Virus record (IMG/VR): IMGVR_UViG_3300036398_002697
Location: 1 to 59,242 of that record
Direction: 5' to 3' (one strand)
Length of the DNA: 59,242 nt
DNA from: a virus
Taxonomy: Duplodnaviria > Caudoviricetes
In this document: positions 54,401-59,242 of the stretch, in pieces
Layout of the letters: the number at the start of each line of letters is the position of its first letter
How positions within the stretch are numbered: the stretch's first letter is position 1
Notes under the pieces: generated by a model
Database searches by the model: none
What the model saw: only the letters and a program-made list of their open reading frames with translations
Told to the model about the DNA's origin: nothing
Translations under genes and position numbers: made by a program

Positions 54401-57280
54401 CCACAAACTAACAGAGATAATCCTGCGTCTGATCCAAAGGAATCTGTATCTTATTCTGTAGCAACTCCAATTGGTCAGGTTGTAATTGATGATCCAAAAC
54501 ACAGTATCACAAAAGAAACTGTTAATAAAACCTTAGATGATATTAATGTTGGATTCGGAATTACAAATATCATCTCAAATGTGGCAGGAACTTCACATAC
54601 AATCTTCACGAGTATTGACCATGGTTTGAATAGAATCACCTCTGTAAGTATCGCAAGCAGTGGTGCTGGTTATGGTAGTGGATCTGCAGTGTCTCTTTAT
54701 AATGCACGCCTTGTAGGATTTGCTGGTTCAACAACTGGTGATTATGCAACTGCAAGAATTACCGTTGATGGTATTGGTGGAATTACTGCTGTCAAGATTA
54801 TGGACGGTGGTTCTGCCTATGGTATTGGTAATACTCTTGCAGTTGTTGGTGTTGCTACCACTGCAGGATTTGTTCAAGGTTATGTTACCGTAACAGATAT
54901 CTATGATAACAGTGGAGATGTAGTCCGAATTACTGGAGTATCTTCAGAATCACTAACACATTATAATCAACTTTATAGAATTACATCAGTTCCAGTTGGT
55001 TCTACAAAAGAACTTATTGTTGCCTCTGCGTCAACTGTTGGAAATGCAAATACAACTGGAGTTGGAGCTGATTTCACAACAGATGCATTTGGTTATCTGA
55101 CTGGTGAAGCACTGAATGTAACTTCTCTGGTTTATGATAATGTATCTGGTCTTGCAACCGTAACAACATCGCAAAGACACGGACTAAGAGTTGATAATAA
55201 AGTCCGTATTGCTGGTGCAGATAGTGAATTCTATAACAGAGATTTCATTGTTACCAGAAATACTGACCTGAACAACTTTGTAATAAACGTTGGTGTTGGA
55301 ACAATCGCTCCTTCAACTTCAGGAACCATTTATGTTTATAGAAATGGTGTTACCTCTAATGAAGGTAACGTAACGATTGAAAATGAGAACATCGGTGGCC
55401 GCCAAGTTGTTGAGTATGCAGGTATCACTACAACTCTATCTGCTGTAATTTCAAGTGCAACTACTTCTGATATTGAAATTCAGGATATTGCAACTCTTGA
55501 TATTAACATTGGTGACTATCTATTAATTGATGATGAGATTGTAAGAGTTAAGACAACTGTAACTGCAAACCCAATCTCAGTATTCAGAGGTGTCCTTGGA
55601 ACAAGAGCAACAACACATGTCATTAATAGTGTTGTTAGGAGAATTCGTGTAAATCCAGTTGAGTTTAGAAGAAACTCAATTCTTCGTGCATCAGGACATA
55701 CTTTTGAATATCTTGGTTATGGTCCAGGCAACTATTCAACTGCACTTCCAGAACGTCAAGATCGTCAACTTTCTCAAGCAGAAGAATTCTTATCACAATC
55801 AATTAAGTATGATGGTGGTATTGTTGTTTATACTGGTATGAACAGTGATGGTGACTTTTATATTGGTAATAAGAAAGTTAGCTCTGCAACTGGTCAGGAA
55901 GAAGTATTTGATGCACCAATTCCTACAGTTACTGGTGAAGATATTGCACCATCTGGAGTAAGTGTTGGATTTGACGTTCTCTCACCACTTGAGGTATCAA
56001 TCAGTCGCTCACTCAGAGTTGAAGGTGGTCCAGATAACAACATCATTTCTGAATTTGATGGACCTGTTATTCTGAACAACAAACTAACTTCCACATCTGA
56101 TAAAGGTATGGAAGCAGCATCAATCTTCCTACAGGGTGATGCTACAGTTTCTAGAAAGTTCACTGTTGGCATCGCAACTCCTTCACTATCGGGCAACCCA
56201 GGAGACGTTGTTTATAATGCAGGACCAGACAAAGGTGGATATCTTGGATGGGTTTATACTAATCAGAATGACTGGTATCGCTTTGGTAATGTAAGCTTGT
56301 CTCAGAGTAGCAACATCGCACTCTTTGACCAAGTAGGAATTGGAACCACTGCTGTTGGTGATTTAACACTCAAAGTTGGTTCTGGTTCTTCTGAGTTCTT
56401 TGTAAATGGGTCAGGACAAGTTGGTGTCGGCACTGACGATACTCAAGGATATAAGATGTATATCAATGGTCCTGTATTTGGTGAGTTTGTTGGAAACGGT
56501 GCAGGATTAACCAACCTTGATAGTATCTGGGTTGAAGATTACACATCTAATTGGATTTTCACAAGAGAAAATGCAGACCTTAAAGTTGGTATTGGTACAA
56601 CTATTGGAGTTACTGCACAACTTCAAGTTGCTGGAACTGCTGCTACATCACTTTATGTCAGAAATGGTTCTAGATTTATTTCTACTGCAACATTTGAATC
56701 TGAAGTTTCAATTGGTGGAACATTAAGTGCAACTAAGTTTAATCTAAATGGACCATCTCAAGGATTTATCAATGCTGGTGTTACGACATCAAATATTATT
56801 CATGTAGGAATTGCTGGAACGGTACTTAATGTAGATGTATCAACTGCAAATGTTGGTATTGGAACATCTGTAGTAAGATCTAAACTTGATGTTGAAGGTA
56901 GAGTTCGACTGAAGACATACTATGAGCACGTTCATGCCATCACAAGTTCATCCAATGTTGTGACAATTGATCTTGCTGAAGCACAAAACTTTACTCTGAC
57001 TGCGACAGAAGATATCAACCAATTCACAATCATTAATATTCCATCAGAGTCGAGTGCATTTACACTTAAGATAACTCAGGATTCTACTGGAAATCATGCA
57101 GTTGGAATTGATACCTTTAAAACTGCTGGTGGTGTTGATATTCCTGTTTACTGGCCAGGTGGTGGAGTTCTTCCAATTGTAACACCAACTGCAGATAGGT
57201 CAGACATCTATTCATTCAAGACATTTGATGGTGGTGCAACATTCTATGGTGTCGTTGGCGGTCAAAATTTCCTTAACTGA
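51446..57280 (+). CDS. Large tail-fibre/baseplate virion protein, 1944 aa
   Basis: MPLSRLDNFLKN..ILYV.P.D.DATDSIEN.G.S..RPFKTIQRA N-terminus; many beta-rich repeats, VGIGT repeats and a WPGG..P..T..DIY.F C-terminus. Confidence 0.85.
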   Translation: MPLSRLDNFLKNARGNILYVNPNDLDATDSIENQGNSLTRPFKTIQRALVEASRFSYQRGLDNDRFGQTTILVYPGDHLIDNRPGWIPDGASSFKLRNGTTSSDFSQFDLSTNFDLTTDGNALYKLNSIYGGVIIPRGTSLVGLDLRKTKIRPKYIPNPENDNIERSAIFRVTGACYFWQFSILDGDPSSVVYKDYTTNTFVPNFSHHKLTCFEYADGRNAVDIDDAFLTYSTTRTDLDMYYEKVGLAYGPSSGREIEPDYPSSSLDIQPKIDEFRIVGPTGGEVGISSIKAGDGVTSSTVITVTTTDVFEQLAVDTAIQINGITATGYDGQYVVTDVVSANEFKYQVSSAPLNPLPTPTGATVNLSVDTVGSASPYIFNVSLRSVYGVCGLHADGDKADGFKSMVVAQFTGIGLQKDDNAFVKYDPNSGAYKDATFAGNENIHTDSLAVYKPTYENYHIKCSNNSFLQIVSVFAIGFAQHFVAETGGDQSITNSNSNFGAKSLIASGFRKEAFPRDDVGYITHIIPPKELTTSTTNIEFDAIDVATTVGVASTNRLYLYNRTNQDISPDNVIEGYRIGAKENDTLKCLISQGGSPVEYSARIIIPNTQFTSNEATSEKKFTIGRSVGINSISSNVITLTSPHSFIEGESIRFLSDTGQLPDGLENNRIYYSITSGIGTNQIKVAKTLNDALNGEELTINDKGGRISVVSRVSDKNSGDIGHPIQYDTTQGQWYINVATASTDNNLYSTIVSLGSSVLGAATPRTYFTRQPDTRNLADTIYKLRYVIPSGSGITSARPPIDGFVIQESGDTTGQTNAEVQTYFSPTTVSLSNVSEQRNFKFISNATWDGTFAYYQTELPHNLSVGSAVEVLNVTSTNNTSGIASAGFNNTFNVVGVSSAKSFQVALGEDPGTFTNDLSNRTTVLPRFNRKRFNDTYYIYRSQEIQKYVPGEQDGVYHLVILNASNKPTVTPFSGQNFSQPVQNLYPQTNRDNPASDPKESVSYSVATPIGQVVIDDPKHSITKETVNKTLDDINVGFGITNIISNVAGTSHTIFTSIDHGLNRITSVSIASSGAGYGSGSAVSLYNARLVGFAGSTTGDYATARITVDGIGGITAVKIMDGGSAYGIGNTLAVVGVATTAGFVQGYVTVTDIYDNSGDVVRITGVSSESLTHYNQLYRITSVPVGSTKELIVASASTVGNANTTGVGADFTTDAFGYLTGEALNVTSLVYDNVSGLATVTTSQRHGLRVDNKVRIAGADSEFYNRDFIVTRNTDLNNFVINVGVGTIAPSTSGTIYVYRNGVTSNEGNVTIENENIGGRQVVEYAGITTTLSAVISSATTSDIEIQDIATLDINIGDYLLIDDEIVRVKTTVTANPISVFRGVLGTRATTHVINSVVRRIRVNPVEFRRNSILRASGHTFEYLGYGPGNYSTALPERQDRQLSQAEEFLSQSIKYDGGIVVYTGMNSDGDFYIGNKKVSSATGQEEVFDAPIPTVTGEDIAPSGVSVGFDVLSPLEVSISRSLRVEGGPDNNIISEFDGPVILNNKLTSTSDKGMEAASIFLQGDATVSRKFTVGIATPSLSGNPGDVVYNAGPDKGGYLGWVYTNQNDWYRFGNVSLSQSSNIALFDQVGIGTTAVGDLTLKVGSGSSEFFVNGSGQVGVGTDDTQGYKMYINGPVFGEFVGNGAGLTNLDSIWVEDYTSNWIFTRENADLKVGIGTTIGVTAQLQVAGTAATSLYVRNGSRFISTATFESEVSIGGTLSATKFNLNGPSQGFINAGVTTSNIIHVGIAGTVLNVDVSTANVGIGTSVVRSKLDVEGRVRLKTYYEHVHAITSSSNVVTIDLAEAQNFTLTATEDINQFTIINIPSESSAFTLKITQDSTGNHAVGIDTFKTAGGVDIPVYWPGGGVLPIVTPTADRSDIYSFKTFDGGATFYGVVGGQNFLN

Positions 57281-57291
57281 GGAGATAACTA

Positions 57292-59223
57292 ATGCTTAAC
57301 TTTAGCAACAGACAAACAACACTGGACCTCAATGGTCCAGTTCTATCAATCGTTCAGCAACCAACATCAGTTTCAATTTGTAATGCAGGAGTTGCCACTT
57401 TTGTTGGACTTGCTACAGTCACTTTTCCAACTCAGACACCAGCAAATAATCCAACAAACACAGGTATCCTAACTCAAAGATGGTATGTTGATGGATATGG
57501 ACCACTTACTGATGGATCTATTGTAGCATTAGGAATTACTGTAGTTGGTTCTGCGACAACAACTCTTACTATTTCTGGTGCAATCAGTCCAACGGCAAAT
57601 GGTCTTGGTTTCTTCATGAGACCAGATTATATTCCATCCGCATATTCACAACCTGTTGGTTCTGCAGTCGTTGCTGGAACTGCAAGGTCAACTGGAAATG
57701 GAAATAATGAACCATACGATTCAAGTGTTGCAACTCTTACAGTATTTCCAACGATGGAAATTATTGATCAACCTCAAAATAGTACGGTTGCTCAAGGTAG
57801 ATTTGCTTCTTTTTTTGTAAATACAGAAATATCTGATACTTCTCAAGGTAATTTATCTTACCAATGGACATATAATGGAAATAATTTGATTGATAGTTCA
57901 AATGTTTTTGGGTCAAATTCTCAAAATTTATTAATATCGTCTGATAATATTGGTGTAGGAACTGTACAATGTATCATATCCCATCCAACTTCATGCGATA
58001 GTCCTTTATATTCAAACGTTGCAACTTGGGAAGTAATTCCATCCAGACAAATAGTTACTTTTGAAAATATATATTCTTCATCTAGTGTCGTAATTACGGA
58101 TAAAAATTTATTTGATGTACCACAAGTTATTATAGGTGTTGATATCCCAAGATCTCTTCTTTCTTTTTATGCCTCCGAAAATGATTTAGATGTTGAAATG
58201 GAATTGCATGGTTCATGGGGTTCTTCTTTTGGATCAAACCGTGGAGGTATTGGTGGATATTCTAAAATTCGATTTACTATGAAAAAAGATGAAGAGTATG
58301 TGATTGCTGGTTTGGGCGCATTTACTGGTCAATCTGTTTTCCTTTATAGAAAATCTAAATTAATTGCAAATGCGGCAAATGGTGGCGATGCTTCTTCTTC
58401 TGGTAGAGGTGGGGATGGTGGTGGAGTTAATGTTGCTGGAGAACGAGGTGGTGGACGTGGTGGTGGAAATGGTGGAAGATTATTTTCTGCAGGGACCCTT
58501 CCTTCTTCTTTTGGTATTTTTGGTTCTCAAACTCAAGGACTTGTTCCTCCAGTTGGGGCCGATAGTGTTGCACCAATTCCTCTTGGTGGACAAGCTATTG
58601 CATGTCCAAGAGGAAACCAAACAGTTTCTCCTTGCACTGATCTTGGTTTAACTCAATTTTTATGGGGACAAAGAACACCAATACCTGGAACAGGAAGAAT
58701 TAATAGGGGATTTAAACAGGGTTATGGTATTCGTAATACTCCAGGTCTTGGCAGTGGTGGTGGAAATGGTGGTGGTGGAACTACTGGTGGTGATGGAGGA
58801 ACCTCTGGTGGTGGCGGAGGTGGAGGTGGAGGTTATACTGATGGTTCTGTTGAAGTCATTGAAACTACATTGGGTGGAAGTCAGTATCAATCTGCGGTAG
58901 CGATATTAAGGTTGGTTTCTCCATCAGTTACTTTTGTTACCACTAGAGAAGCTGCCTTTGAAAATACAATGACATTCGCAAAGGTAAGTGGAACTGGTGT
59001 TGGTGGAATGTCATTCGGGCCCAACTATTCAGTTCAGACATTTGATATTCAACCTGGAGCAGTTTATCGCTTAACAAGTGCTACTGGAAGAATTAGATTG
59101 TTTGGAACTCAAAGAATTGGTCTTGATGATAGTGCTGGTGATAATGATTTCAATGATATTGCAGTTTCTTGTGATGTTGGATCTTTCTATGAAAGTGGCG
59201 GATCAGTTTTCTATACAAGATGA
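57292..59223 (+). CDS. Tail-fibre/adhesin-like protein with Ig-like and glycine-rich domains
   Basis: QQPTSV..QRWY and QPQNSTV..LSYQW Ig-like units; Gly-rich domain; C-terminal DDSAGDNDFND. Confidence 0.75.
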   Translation: MLNFSNRQTTLDLNGPVLSIVQQPTSVSICNAGVATFVGLATVTFPTQTPANNPTNTGILTQRWYVDGYGPLTDGSIVALGITVVGSATTTLTISGAISPTANGLGFFMRPDYIPSAYSQPVGSAVVAGTARSTGNGNNEPYDSSVATLTVFPTMEIIDQPQNSTVAQGRFASFFVNTEISDTSQGNLSYQWTYNGNNLIDSSNVFGSNSQNLLISSDNIGVGTVQCIISHPTSCDSPLYSNVATWEVIPSRQIVTFENIYSSSSVVITDKNLFDVPQVIIGVDIPRSLLSFYASENDLDVEMELHGSWGSSFGSNRGGIGGYSKIRFTMKKDEEYVIAGLGAFTGQSVFLYRKSKLIANAANGGDASSSGRGGDGGGVNVAGERGGGRGGGNGGRLFSAGTLPSSFGIFGSQTQGLVPPVGADSVAPIPLGGQAIACPRGNQTVSPCTDLGLTQFLWGQRTPIPGTGRINRGFKQGYGIRNTPGLGSGGGNGGGGTTGGDGGTSGGGGGGGGGYTDGSVEVIETTLGGSQYQSAVAILRLVSPSVTFVTTREAAFENTMTFAKVSGTGVGGMSFGPNYSVQTFDIQPGAVYRLTSATGRIRLFGTQRIGLDDSAGDNDFNDIAVSCDVGSFYESGGSVFYTR

Positions 59224-59242
59224 TATAAATAATTAAAATCTT

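Noticed and set aside
58370-58835. GGT/GGA tandem repeats
   Set aside because: They are explained by the glycine-rich protein domain and are not a DNA repeat array.

Overview
This is a 59 kb segment of a T4-like cyanomyovirus (Kyanoviridae type), read with the standard genetic code. From left to right it contains: (1) a ~12.7 kb tightly coupled nucleotide-sugar/glycosyltransferase island (PfkB kinase, nucleotidyltransferase-RpiB fusion, gmd, rmlB, GT11, GT6, GT4, GT25); (2) a cyanobacterial SLH porin, two hli genes, petF and a peroxiredoxin; (3) a lysis module; (4) psbA and psbD flanked by free-standing homing endonucleases; (5) an LpxH-like hydrolase, glutaredoxin, speD, a tandem glutamine riboswitch with a DUF4278 peptide gene, thyX, phoH, an exonuclease, gp33, gp59 and gp32; (6) baseplate/tail genes with cp12 among them; (7) two tRNAs, a NUMOD4-HNH endonuclease and a Mom-like DNA-modification gene; (8) two large tail/fibre genes. 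The most notable signals that the ORF track does not explain are two candidate programmed -1 ribosomal frameshifts. One (A_AAA_AAG plus a 9-bp hairpin) would fuse a C39-like peptidase to a GH24 lysozyme that has no proper start. The other (internal SD, T_TTT_TTC, hairpin) would fuse gp26 to gp51, like tail-assembly-chaperone frameshifts. Also notable are late promoters inside hairpins in front of all four putative homing endonucleases, recoded psbD/thyX segments next to them, an NtcA box with a tandem glutamine riboswitch, and a probable ATT-initiated gene. All family assignments come from recognising motifs by eye; no database search was run.
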